Assembly (NCBI GenBank): GCA_000004985.1
Contig: GG738902.1
Length of the DNA: 64,000 bases
Strand: one strand, 5' to 3'
Source: Naegleria gruberi
Taxonomy: Eukaryota
The notes under the pieces are model-generated. The model was not told the origin of the DNA and ran no database searches. It saw nothing but the letters and a program-made list of their open reading frames with translations. Shown here in pieces: positions 1-10,221 of the stretch. Each line of letters starts with the position of its first letter. Position 1 is the stretch's first letter. The translations under genes and the position numbers were made by a program.

Positions 1-464
1 GAATATTATTCACATGTTGATATCAACACAACTCAGAATGAATAAGTGTAATAAATATCATCACTTTGCCTATTATTTACCAACAATAAGGCTTCTTTAA
101 TCTTGGTTCTCTATGGAGTGGTTGTTCTTACAAAGTTGGCGTTAAAATGTCCTTTTAGAAAAAGAACCTCTTTTACTGTAATTTACAAGACCTTTTTTAG
201 ATCATTTACAGTTACACATTACAGTTCAGACCTTTTGAATCGTACATACAATAAATTTTTCAAAGACAATATTTCATTTTCTCTCCTTAATACATGAAAT
301 CATTCACCAAATGAAAATTTCACCTTTTTAGTCTCTTTAGATAACATTCGGATATGATAATCTCAGAACCATTTCAATTAAAAATCTTGTCAAATTTCCG
401 TGTCATGTTTTTATTCGCTCCATCTCAAGTTGTTTAATGTGCGCCCTATCTTTCCTTTAAAAAA

Positions 465-3389
465 ATGAGAAATCAACAACAAGCAAGCAATTGTTACTCT
501 TCCGAGAATCATGGCAGTAATAACATTAGTTGTGTTGGTGTTGGTGGTGACAATATTGGATTTGCAACACCATCGTCAGCAATGTCAGCACAATCAACAT
601 TGCAACAATTACTTTTAAATACAGTTGCTGCTCAACAACAAAAAAACCCATTCCTTATGAATTCATCATCAATGGGTATATGTTCTTCTACTCCTCTTTC
701 GACATCATCTGTATCATCTTCCAATAATAATAATACGAATGCTACCAATGTTGGTAGTGCCAATGGAAATTGTGCGAATTTATTTAGTAACTTGCTTGAT
801 TCCACCACCACAAACATCACCAAAAACATTCCTATGAATAATAACAGTAATACTATTACATCTCAGAATACAGATAATAATATATCATCATCAACAACAA
901 CATCTTTTTATAATCCTACTACAGTTAATAATAACAATTTAAATTCCTTGCTAAATAATCCGAATTTTACTTTAAATTCATTACTTCTTCAACAATTACA
1001 ACAATCAAATGTCGATATATTAAATAGTAGTAATAATAATAATAATAATACTTCGTATTTAGCCTCTTCTCCTCCTTCTTCAAATTCCTTTCAATTCATC
1101 AATCAACAAACTAGCTTTAATAATCAAATTAATAGTTCGGATCTAGGCTTTCTATCAACAAGTACTAGCAGTAATAGTAGTAGTAGTAATAGTAATTTAA
1201 CGCCCTCTCCTACTAATCTTTCATTAAGACATTCACCTCCCTTTTCCTCACCAAATAATGTAAACTCCATCAATAATAATAATATGAATAATAATAATAA
1301 TATATTAAATGAAAATCAGAATAATACTATTAATGCAACTACTAGTAGTATTACTCTTAATCATCCAACAAGTACATCTACGACTACTACCAACAATAAC
1401 ACACCATCCAAAGCAAGTAAAAAGAATCTAACAACAAGTTCTACTAGTTTTAATCCATACCCTGTGACAACAAAATCAACGAATGAAAATTCCTCAAATG
1501 GAAAACAGTTAATGTTTATTGAAGAAAATGGAAAGTCAAGAGTTTCTTCTTCTCTGTTACAATCAAATTCAGATCAGTTTGAAATTAGTTGTACGAGTTG
1601 TAGAGCCAAACATCGAAAATGTTCGAAAGAATTACCTGCTTGTTCTTACTGTTTAGCTAGAGGAATAACTTGTATATATAGAAAACCAAAGAAGAAGGGA
1701 AGACAAGGAAAACAACAAGTTGGAGATTTATCTCAACAACCATTTGATTTACAATCGAATACATTTTTAGATATGCAGTCATCTTTTGAAATGAATCCTC
1801 AAATAGTTAATAATTTTAATGAACCGAATAATATGTTTACAATGATGGGAAATCAAACAATTCCTTCAACTTTGGATAATAATTTTATACCATTTCATCA
1901 GCAAAATCAGCAAGAATTATTACAACAACACGAATTCCAAAATGCTAGCTCTATTGAATCATTTGATCCTAATAATTGGATAAATCAAATTAGATCTTCT
2001 CTCCAAACAAACGATAATAGTAATGATATTAACATGTTACATTCACTGTTAACTTCTGATTCAATTAATAATATTTTCTCACTAACTAATTTGATGGAAA
2101 ATAATCCATTACAAAATCAATCAACAACTAATTCAACAACAAATCAACAACAACAGCAACAACATAATTATTCTATTAATGATCTTACAGATGAGTTAAT
2201 GAAACGACTTACATTGGAAGATTATTGTAAATCTACTAGTTTCCCTGTTATAGATAAGAGTGAATTTTCTTCTCTGTTGCACAGTGAAAAGAGAACTCTA
2301 GAAGCAACAGCTTTATTATACAGTATTCATGCTTTAATGTGTCAACGTAAGGGTTTAAAACATGAAGCAGCGTCAGCTTGTAATCAAGCTAGAAATATTT
2401 TATCTAGAGTATTCGATAAGAATAATGATTTCTTAATTGCATGTGCATATTGTAATCTTTCAGTGTATAGTTCAGGTGAAGGTAATTTAGCTGAAGCAAA
2501 ATTCTATCTGAAATTTGTAGATTATTACTTTGAAAATGAATCTACTTCAGAAACCAATAATGTAGTTCATGTAAATAATTTCAATTTGAAAATGCTTAAA
2601 ACTGTTGCTGAAATGTCAGCAGGTATTGCAGCACAAGATGTGGATAGTAATCCTCTAGGAATTGATTCTGAAAAGAAGGAAATTGGAAATTTATTAATTG
2701 GATTTTACAAACTTTGTACTGGAGAAAAGAAAGCACCTCAACCTCTTCTTGACATTGTTTCTAAAACTGTTACAGGTGACACTTTAAAATTGTACATGAC
2801 TTTATTAGAATTGGTTTCAAAACTATTCTATCAACATGAAATGGAAAGAAATTTAAGTAATGAACACAGTGAAATATCTCAACGTGTTATAAATTCTTTC
2901 ATTCACGGAACAAGAGTTTTAATTTTACAAGAATGTGGAATTTCTAGTGGATCTATTATTGAAGAATCAGCCAATAGACTTATTAATATTTCATGTGAAG
3001 ATAATTATGGAACTGCCTATTCTGTTTTGTTGTGTGCAATTGCTGCAGCTTGTAGAGTACATCTTAAAATTGTTAGAGATATAAAGAAGGGTATAAGAAT
3101 GAATAATGGTGAGGATGGAGTTGATTATTTTGAAATGATTAAGAAAGGTCTAAAAGCACTCACTCTATTCAGTACAAGATATGGACGTGTTACCAAATTA
3201 TATCGATCACTCATTATTGAACTTCAAGAAGTTGAAAGAGAACACAGCGGTTTTAAACTCTGTCTCTTGGCAACCAAAGAAATTGAAAGATTGAAATTGA
3301 AAAAACTTTCACCAACTATGGATGTTCCATCACTATTATCCAAAGATGATATTCTAAGTATTTATTATCTAGTTTCTCCAGAACAATAA
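465..3389 (+). CDS. Zn(II)2Cys6 binuclear-cluster transcription factor with long N/S/T/Q-rich low-complexity N-terminal half; single exon
   Basis: Uninterrupted 974-aa ORF with an A-rich context before the ATG at 465. It carries the motif CTSCRAKHRKCSKELPACSYCLARGITC (six Cys in the GAL4-type spacing) followed by a basic KPKKKGR linker. The N-terminal ~380 aa contain homopolymeric N, S and T runs. Confidence 0.8.
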   Translation: MRNQQQASNCYSSENHGSNNISCVGVGGDNIGFATPSSAMSAQSTLQQLLLNTVAAQQQKNPFLMNSSSMGICSSTPLSTSSVSSSNNNNTNATNVGSANGNCANLFSNLLDSTTTNITKNIPMNNNSNTITSQNTDNNISSSTTTSFYNPTTVNNNNLNSLLNNPNFTLNSLLLQQLQQSNVDILNSSNNNNNNTSYLASSPPSSNSFQFINQQTSFNNQINSSDLGFLSTSTSSNSSSSNSNLTPSPTNLSLRHSPPFSSPNNVNSINNNNMNNNNNILNENQNNTINATTSSITLNHPTSTSTTTTNNNTPSKASKKNLTTSSTSFNPYPVTTKSTNENSSNGKQLMFIEENGKSRVSSSLLQSNSDQFEISCTSCRAKHRKCSKELPACSYCLARGITCIYRKPKKKGRQGKQQVGDLSQQPFDLQSNTFLDMQSSFEMNPQIVNNFNEPNNMFTMMGNQTIPSTLDNNFIPFHQQNQQELLQQHEFQNASSIESFDPNNWINQIRSSLQTNDNSNDINMLHSLLTSDSINNIFSLTNLMENNPLQNQSTTNSTTNQQQQQQHNYSINDLTDELMKRLTLEDYCKSTSFPVIDKSEFSSLLHSEKRTLEATALLYSIHALMCQRKGLKHEAASACNQARNILSRVFDKNNDFLIACAYCNLSVYSSGEGNLAEAKFYLKFVDYYFENESTSETNNVVHVNNFNLKMLKTVAEMSAGIAAQDVDSNPLGIDSEKKEIGNLLIGFYKLCTGEKKAPQPLLDIVSKTVTGDTLKLYMTLLELVSKLFYQHEMERNLSNEHSEISQRVINSFIHGTRVLILQECGISSGSIIEESANRLINISCEDNYGTAYSVLLCAIAAACRVHLKIVRDIKKGIRMNNGEDGVDYFEMIKKGLKALTLFSTRYGRVTKLYRSLIIELQEVEREHSGFKLCLLATKEIERLKLKKLSPTMDVPSLLSKDDILSIYYLVSPEQ

Positions 3390-3542
3390 AACTTTCAAAT
3401 GTTGTTCAACATGTTGTAAATATTTTACCACTCTCTATTTATGCAAACTTGAAAATGCACCACCTTGATAATAGATGATTGATAAATAGTACTTCAAAGT
3501 CTTCTCAGTTCTTCAAGAATTGAGAATCAGAAATATAAAAAA

Positions 3543-4613
3543 ATGCAAACACATAAAGAAGAACAAGTAGCATCATCGGAATTGGATGAAATTTCATCAT
3601 CATTGGAAAATGTCTATGAAAAAGCAGCCCAATTAATTTATAATTCCAAATATTTATTAATTACATGTGGAGCAGGATTTAGTAAAGATTCAGGACTTGC
3701 AGTCTATAAAGATATTGCTTCTAATCCAATTTATCAAGAAAAGAATTTAACTTATCATGATTTAGCAAGACCTGTTTCTACATTTGAAACTGAACAAGAA
3801 TTATTAGATTATTATGGATTTTGGGTTAATTGTGCACAAAGTTATTTAAATACTCCTTCTCATTCTGGATATCAAATTTTAAAAGATTGGAAACAATTAT
3901 TATATTCTAAAAAGGAAATTCAAAAGGAATTTAATGAAAAACAAATTGAAATACTTTCAGCAAGTCAATGGTGGAAGGAAAATTGTAAAATTGCATCAAA
4001 TATGTTTATTTATTCATCAAATGTTGATAATCATTTTAGTAGATATTTTGAAAAGGAAGAAATTTATAATATTCATGGACATGCTTTAAATTGGCAATGT
4101 GGAAATCATTGTAATGAAGATTGTGTTTGGAATTTTACAAAACAATTACAAAATATTATAATTAATCAAGAAACATTACAAATTGATAATGAAAAATTGA
4201 AAGAATTAAAATGTGAAAAATGTCAACATGCATCAATGCCAAATGTATTAATGTTTGGTGATTTGGGTCAATATATTAGAAATACAGAAGAAGAAGATCG
4301 TTATATTGCATGGGAATGTTCAGTTGAAACTTTTTCAAAAGAATCTTCAACTAAATTTCCATTTATTATATTAGAATTAGGATGTGGATTAACAGTTCCA
4401 TCTGTTAGACGTGAAAATGAATGTGTTTTATTAGATTGTGATGAATCCTATCTCATTAGAGTTAATTTAGGTCAAGAAGAATTAGATACAATTCATAACG
4501 TTGACTTGATTCCAATGAAAAATGATAGAATTTTAAATATTAAGAATGGTTGTCAAGATGCTCTTCATCGTATTCATCAACATTTATTGAAAATTATTGA
4601 AAATAACAAGTAA
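3543..4613 (+). CDS. Sir2-family (sirtuin-like) NAD-dependent deacylase, divergent
   Basis: 356-aa ORF. Motifs are a GAGFSKDSGL NAD-binding glycine motif, an NVD motif, an HG catalytic His followed by CGNHC...C, and a second CxxC (CEKCQ) followed by VLMFGD, matching the sirtuin zinc ribbon and Rossmann layout. The canonical GAGIS..GIPxFR Arg is not obvious. Confidence 0.6.
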   Translation: MQTHKEEQVASSELDEISSSLENVYEKAAQLIYNSKYLLITCGAGFSKDSGLAVYKDIASNPIYQEKNLTYHDLARPVSTFETEQELLDYYGFWVNCAQSYLNTPSHSGYQILKDWKQLLYSKKEIQKEFNEKQIEILSASQWWKENCKIASNMFIYSSNVDNHFSRYFEKEEIYNIHGHALNWQCGNHCNEDCVWNFTKQLQNIIINQETLQIDNEKLKELKCEKCQHASMPNVLMFGDLGQYIRNTEEEDRYIAWECSVETFSKESSTKFPFIILELGCGLTVPSVRRENECVLLDCDESYLIRVNLGQEELDTIHNVDLIPMKNDRILNIKNGCQDALHRIHQHLLKIIENNK

Positions 4614-5385
4614 AATAGATCTTTTATATGGAAGTAAATGATTACTTTCAAGTCAAAGTTGTTCTATAAATTTGTAAATTTTTGAAAAAATTGAATCTAA
4701 AAAACAGTTTATAAGAGTCTTAAGAAATAAATTTGAAAATAATTTATTAACCTTTCACCTTCTATACAAACCAATGCCAATACACAACCAAGTAATCTGT
4801 GCTCACAATGTCTCAATTTAACGTGACGATTCAATACTTTGAAAGTATTTGCATTCTCTCATTGACACTTTCTCCTGTCCTCATCTCATGAATTCAAAGT
4901 TGATGGATTGAAGCCAGCAATTACATCAAAGATTGGCTAGTGGAGGCAGTAGTTGTGGTGTTAGTAGTGTTGGTTTCGTTGTTGTTTGCAATATTTTGTG
5001 ACATTTTCTTTCTTATTGCTCAACTTCCTATATCAAATTCCGATATCAACTTCCGTTGATTAGAAAATAATTTTAATTACATTGAAGATATTCCGAAGTT
5101 TAGAATAATTAAAGATAATTAATCAATCCTCCCATCAGAAAATAATTTTAATGATAATTAACCGTCAGATGATTAGTGATAATAAAATGTCGTCATGATT
5201 CCGAAATACGTGTTGCTGTATTTTTTCTGTTGGTTTTTGATGGATTTACAATTCAAACTTTTCATTTCTTGAGAAACTTATAAATCGATCAAATAATTTC
5301 AAGATTTACTTTCATTTACTTTTCAAAGTAGCGTTATAAGAGATCTAATATTTTACATTAAATTCAACATTAAATTCAAGAATAA

Positions 5386-6936
5386 ATGTTCATTTCAATT
5401 TTGAATTGTTTTTTCAGATTTAAAAAAACTTTGAAAAAAATGTCTTTAGGTGTAAAAGTAATGAATTTTATTCAACCATCACATTATGAATTATCAATTA
5501 CTTTATCAGATGATTTTTTTTCGGAAAAGACTAATGGCAGTGATATTAGTTATTCTGCAAGTTTAACAATACATTGTAATATTGTTAATGATGAAGATGA
5601 TAATTATATTTTACCTTCTATTGAATTGGATTGTAATTCTGATAGAATTGAAATATTTGGAGTTTCCATTGAAAAGAATAAAAACAAATTAAAAGGAACT
5701 TTATTTGAACAAAATAAGAAACCAATTTCAACATCATCTAATTCATCATCATCTAAGAATGAACAAAAAAAGAAAAAGAATGATAAATCATGTAATCACA
5801 ATCATAATAATAATAATAGTGAAATATCATCAAATAAGAAGGGATTAATTATTAAATCACCAATTGAACCATTTACATTAGGAAAGTATGAAATTAAAAT
5901 TTCCTTTAAAGGAATAATAGTTCCATCTAAAAAAGCCATGTCAGGATTATTCTATTCAATTCATTCTAAAAATTCTTCAAAGATTATTTGTTCACATTTT
6001 GAAGCACATTTTGCACATTATGCATTTCCTTGTTTTGATGATTGGACACAAAAGGCAACATTTCAACTTGGTATTTCAAATTTAAATTCAAATTACAAAT
6101 GTATTTCAAATATGTCTGTAAAGATGAAAAATGATTCAAAGAAAACTGTCATGTTTAATACTAGTCCTAAAATGTCAATTTATTTATTAGGTATATTTAT
6201 TGGACAATTTGAATGTTTAGAAACTAGTTATATTTCTAAAAAGGATGAAGATGAAACTGAATTTCCAATTTCTGTTTATTATTTAGAATCTGGAAGTTCT
6301 TTAATTGTAGATAATTCAAAAACTATTTTAGAAATGAGTTGTAAAATTTTACCTCTTTTAGAAGATTATTTTGATCAATCAATTTTAAAACAAAATATTT
6401 CAAAACTTGATTGGATTATTGTTCCAGAATTAATTATTGGAGGTGGAATGGAAAATTGGTCATGTATTACTTTACTTGAAAAACATACAGCAAATACTTC
6501 GATGGATATGAAGAAATTGGGACCTTTTGTTGAAATTCTAGCTCATGAACTTTCACATTTCTGGGTTGGAAATTTAGTTGGTTTTCCATTTCATATTAAA
6601 GAAGGATTGGCAATGTATTTGGAAAAGATTATTACAGATCAAGTTTTAAAACGTGCAAATTCAATTACCATCAAGAAGAATGATAAGAAGAATAATAATA
6701 CTTCAATCATTTCAGAAATCAAATCAGCTAGTAATAATGATGCTAATTTATCAGTTGAACAAATGTTCCAGAAAATGTTTACAGGTGTTGCCTACACTCA
6801 ATGCTTTGATTTTATTTGTAATGAATGTGTTGGTACTCTGGGTCCAACTGTTTTCAGAGATCGTCTTCGTCAGGTTATTTCAGATAATGAATTTGGTTTT
6901 GTGAATGAAGATGATTTTGTTCAATCTTTTAAATAA
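5386..6936 (+). CDS. M1-family zinc metallopeptidase-like (aminopeptidase N / LTA4 hydrolase-like), short form
   Basis: GGMENW (GAMEN-type exopeptidase motif) followed by HELSHFWVGNLV and a downstream E (HExxH...E zincin signature). 516-aa ORF. The start could instead be the internal Met at about 5446. Confidence 0.65.
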   Translation: MFISILNCFFRFKKTLKKMSLGVKVMNFIQPSHYELSITLSDDFFSEKTNGSDISYSASLTIHCNIVNDEDDNYILPSIELDCNSDRIEIFGVSIEKNKNKLKGTLFEQNKKPISTSSNSSSSKNEQKKKKNDKSCNHNHNNNNSEISSNKKGLIIKSPIEPFTLGKYEIKISFKGIIVPSKKAMSGLFYSIHSKNSSKIICSHFEAHFAHYAFPCFDDWTQKATFQLGISNLNSNYKCISNMSVKMKNDSKKTVMFNTSPKMSIYLLGIFIGQFECLETSYISKKDEDETEFPISVYYLESGSSLIVDNSKTILEMSCKILPLLEDYFDQSILKQNISKLDWIIVPELIIGGGMENWSCITLLEKHTANTSMDMKKLGPFVEILAHELSHFWVGNLVGFPFHIKEGLAMYLEKIITDQVLKRANSITIKKNDKKNNNTSIISEIKSASNNDANLSVEQMFQKMFTGVAYTQCFDFICNECVGTLGPTVFRDRLRQVISDNEFGFVNEDDFVQSFK

Positions 6937-7028
6937 AATTATCCTATTTGAATGTTTGTTTGGATGTTTGAATGTTTGCGAATATGTTATAATAAATAAT
7001 TTATTTTGTTGTTGATTGTGTGTGAAAA

Positions 7029-8555
7029 TTAATTCATACGAGGTCTAGTTGTAGTTGGTAATTTAGTATTAACACCATAACCAAATTCTAAACCACTTGT
7101 TGAGGTGACATCCACATTATTTACAATGGCTTGTTTTGTTGGTTTGTAAGTGATTGATAAACTTGCCTTAACACCCAAACCTTCAAAATCTGAAAATAAT
7201 TGATCCTTCAATGGGAATAACAATCTATTGTAATCTGTGAATTTTGATTCAAAATCAATTACAACAAGATAATGTTCAGTTTCCATAACACAAGTTTGTT
7301 TCAATGGAATTTCAGCAGATCCGAATGTATCAGTAATAGTTGTCCAATTACTTCTATGAACATCAAATGTTAAAACTTTACCATCATTGGTATAATAAAA
7401 TGTTTCACCATAAACAATTAATTGTGTCAATTCAATATGATGTGTCTTGTTTAATCTAATATCGGCAAATCTAGCATCCATAGTACCAAGTGGGAACATT
7501 GCATAAGTTCTACCTGTACCAGCAATAACTGACAATTCATTTTCAATATTATTAGATGGAATATTAGCATAATACCATCCCCATGCATATTTTCTATCTC
7601 CAAAATCATTATCTGGCGCTAAAGGTAAAAATTGTCCAAAATTCATATCACAATAACTATTTCATATTAATATTGTGTGTTAAAATATTGTTAAAAATAT
7701 AAAAACTTACAATCTCCATCTTCTATCATGAATAGGTTGAATAATAGTATTAGAAATTGAATTACTTTGATAATTTAAAATACCATTAACTAAACTATCA
7801 TGTGAATAAGTATTCCACATAATAATTCCTCTAAATTTTTCATCTGGCATTTCAAAACTCTTCTGACCATAATAACCATAAATTCTATCAATTGTTAAAT
7901 TCCAATTAACATTTAATGAATTATCAATTTTATCAGTAAAGAATAAATTAGGTGAATTCTTTCTCATATTTCCAAATATTTGATATTGACCATCTTTTAA
8001 TGGTTTCAATTCATAGAGCATTTCACTTGAATTTGATGGATTAAAAACTTGTAAATGGAAATGACTTCCATCATTAACTGTATGAAGTGAACTATATGGA
8101 AAACGTTCAACTTTTTGAAAAGATGTTCTTGTAGAATGGTCAACCACTGCAAATAAAACGAAAAAACCATCATATTTACATTCATTTTCATTACTAGTTC
8201 TACCTTTACAAAGTGATAAAGCATATGTGAATGCATAATGTCTATTCAATTGTTCATCTCTCAACCAGAAATACCACCACTGATAGAATGGTTTTGTAGA
8301 ATCATATTCATTAACACGAATTCTCTCATGATAATTCTCTGGATCTAAAATTGCTGTATAGAATGGTATTGGAAGAGATGCAGAACATTCAGTTACCATG
8401 AATGATGATACTACTACTATTACTGATAATAATAATAATAATACTAATGATGATGATGATAATGATGATGAGTATGAGAAACTACCATTGGTGGACAATG
8501 TCTTGTTGGAACGGTTGTGTTCTAATCCTCCTCTGTGAAGAATAGAGTAAAACAT
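7029..8555 (-). CDS. Secreted hypothetical protein (signal peptide; two exons)
   Basis: Exons (minus strand) are 8555..7711 and 7656..7029. The intron at 7657..7710 has a GTAAGT donor and an AATAG acceptor, and the frame is preserved (..RRWR/F/YCDMNFGQ..). The N-terminal region is hydrophobic with an S-rich tract. I do not confidently recognise the family. Confidence 0.45.
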
Positions 8556-8978
8556 TTTTTTAAAAACTGTTACTTCATGATTTGCTCGAGTATTAAATGA
8601 AAGCTTGTGATTTTTGAAGGATCACGAAAATTCAATCAAGACCTAATTCATCATCTTTGTGTAATTGAGAGTTTAAATAATTATATTATTGGAAGGAGTA
8701 AATCAGAGCGTATTCGTATCAGAGTTGCTTGCAAAATGATGATTATTATTCTCTTGGCCGAAAATTGTGAAAACAAAGTATAGATCTCCATCAATCCACA
8801 TTTTCACCTGATTCTTTCATGAAAAATAAAAAACTTTGAATTTTTCCCATTGATAACTGGATAACAATCTGAAGATGTTTTTTTATTGGTAGATCTTTGT
8901 ACAGTCGAATGATTCATGGGAGGGGAGTAAAGGGAGGGAAAAATTTGTAGTATTACATTTAGATCAAAGTTTGATCAT

Positions 8979-9731
8979 TTAATTCTTGTGTTGAATTTCA
9001 TCACAGAGTTCAATGATTCTCTTGGATTGGACCATTTCGGCAATCTTCTTGATTTCTTCAACATTTTCCTTGTTGATATTCTTCATGATCATACTTTCAC
9101 ATTCAACTTGCAAATCTTCCAACAAGAACTTGTGAGCAGCGATCCAAACACCGACAACATCATCAACTTCAACTTCGAATTCACGAGTGTAAATATACTT
9201 AAGGATGGCCAACATTTGCTTTTCAGTGGCATCTTCAATATCAATTCTCATGGTCTTCTTTTGTTCATTTTCAACATCACCCAAGAGCATACCGTGGAAG
9301 TATTTACAGGCGCTAGTCAAGATAACAGCGTGGCACTTAACTTCAACAGTCTTACCATCTTCTTCGCTACAGACCAAAGTCAAGTCAGACAAATCCCATT
9401 TACCAGTTCTCAAGTTTTCGAAAGCCCACTTCATGTTCTTCCACCAAGAGGATTCTGGAACAACAACATTCTTGCTCTTATCAAGATAAGTTTCAGCAAT
9501 AACATCTAATCTGTCCAAACTCAAATACTTGGCAGCTTCTTGGGTTTCCTTGATCAAATCCTTTTCAGTATCCTTGTCCCAACTGACTTTATCAGTGTAG
9601 AGGTATTCCAAAACTTCCTTGAAAGCCTTGTGAGTAACTCTCTTATCCAAGGTGATTTGCATCTTGCCGTCAATAGTTGAGAGGGTTGTACCGGCAGTAT
9701 TGATTGATCTCCAATCTTCTTCAGTTGACAT
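8979..9731 (-). CDS. BTB/POZ-domain protein
   Basis: 250-aa ORF with a BTB core (DLTLVCSEEDGKTVEVKCHAVILTSACKYFHGML...). Strong C/G-ending codon bias suggests high expression. Confidence 0.6.
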   Translation of the reverse strand: MSTEEDWRSINTAGTTLSTIDGKMQITLDKRVTHKAFKEVLEYLYTDKVSWDKDTEKDLIKETQEAAKYLSLDRLDVIAETYLDKSKNVVVPESSWWKNMKWAFENLRTGKWDLSDLTLVCSEEDGKTVEVKCHAVILTSACKYFHGMLLGDVENEQKKTMRIDIEDATEKQMLAILKYIYTREFEVEVDDVVGVWIAAHKFLLEDLQVECESMIMKNINKENVEEIKKIAEMVQSKRIIELCDEIQHKN

Positions 9732-10221
9732 TGTTGTAGGTTAAAAGTGAGGTGGTATTTTTTTTTTTGAAAAAATGTGATGCCTCATTTTAATGTTCCA
9801 CCGAGTTTATCAGGTGAAGTGTGCACTGGCAAGCTAGACTTGATGCCTCCATCACACATAAATAAACTCGTTACCGTGCATCGTGGGTAATGTTTACAAA
9901 ACTAATTTTATTGGTCAATTTGTTGTAATCGCTGCTATTTTTTTATGCAGTTCCAGTCTTGGGTGAACTTGATATTAAAGACAAACATTCAACCATTACA
10001 ATTCATACCAACGATGTAACCTTTAAAAATACTTTTACTAATAATAATTCTATGAACAAACATTAATCAGAAACAATTTCTTCCACACTCAACAATAATC
10101 TTATTTTTAATAGGAATAATATTAATCATGTTTTGGCGCCATAAAATTGTGATGATCAAATTCTTTTGTATGATGATAAATAATATTTTATATTAATAAT
10201 TTAAAATAAAAAATATTTAAA

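Noticed and set aside
103-297. 64-aa ORF at the window start
   Set aside because: It is short and hydrophobic, with no recognisable domain and no initiator context. It likely lies in the 5' flank or promoter of the Zn2Cys6 gene.
8988-9509. 173-aa and 94-aa plus-strand ORFs
   Set aside because: They are antisense to the BTB gene, which has strong codon bias and a recognisable domain. They have no start context or domain.
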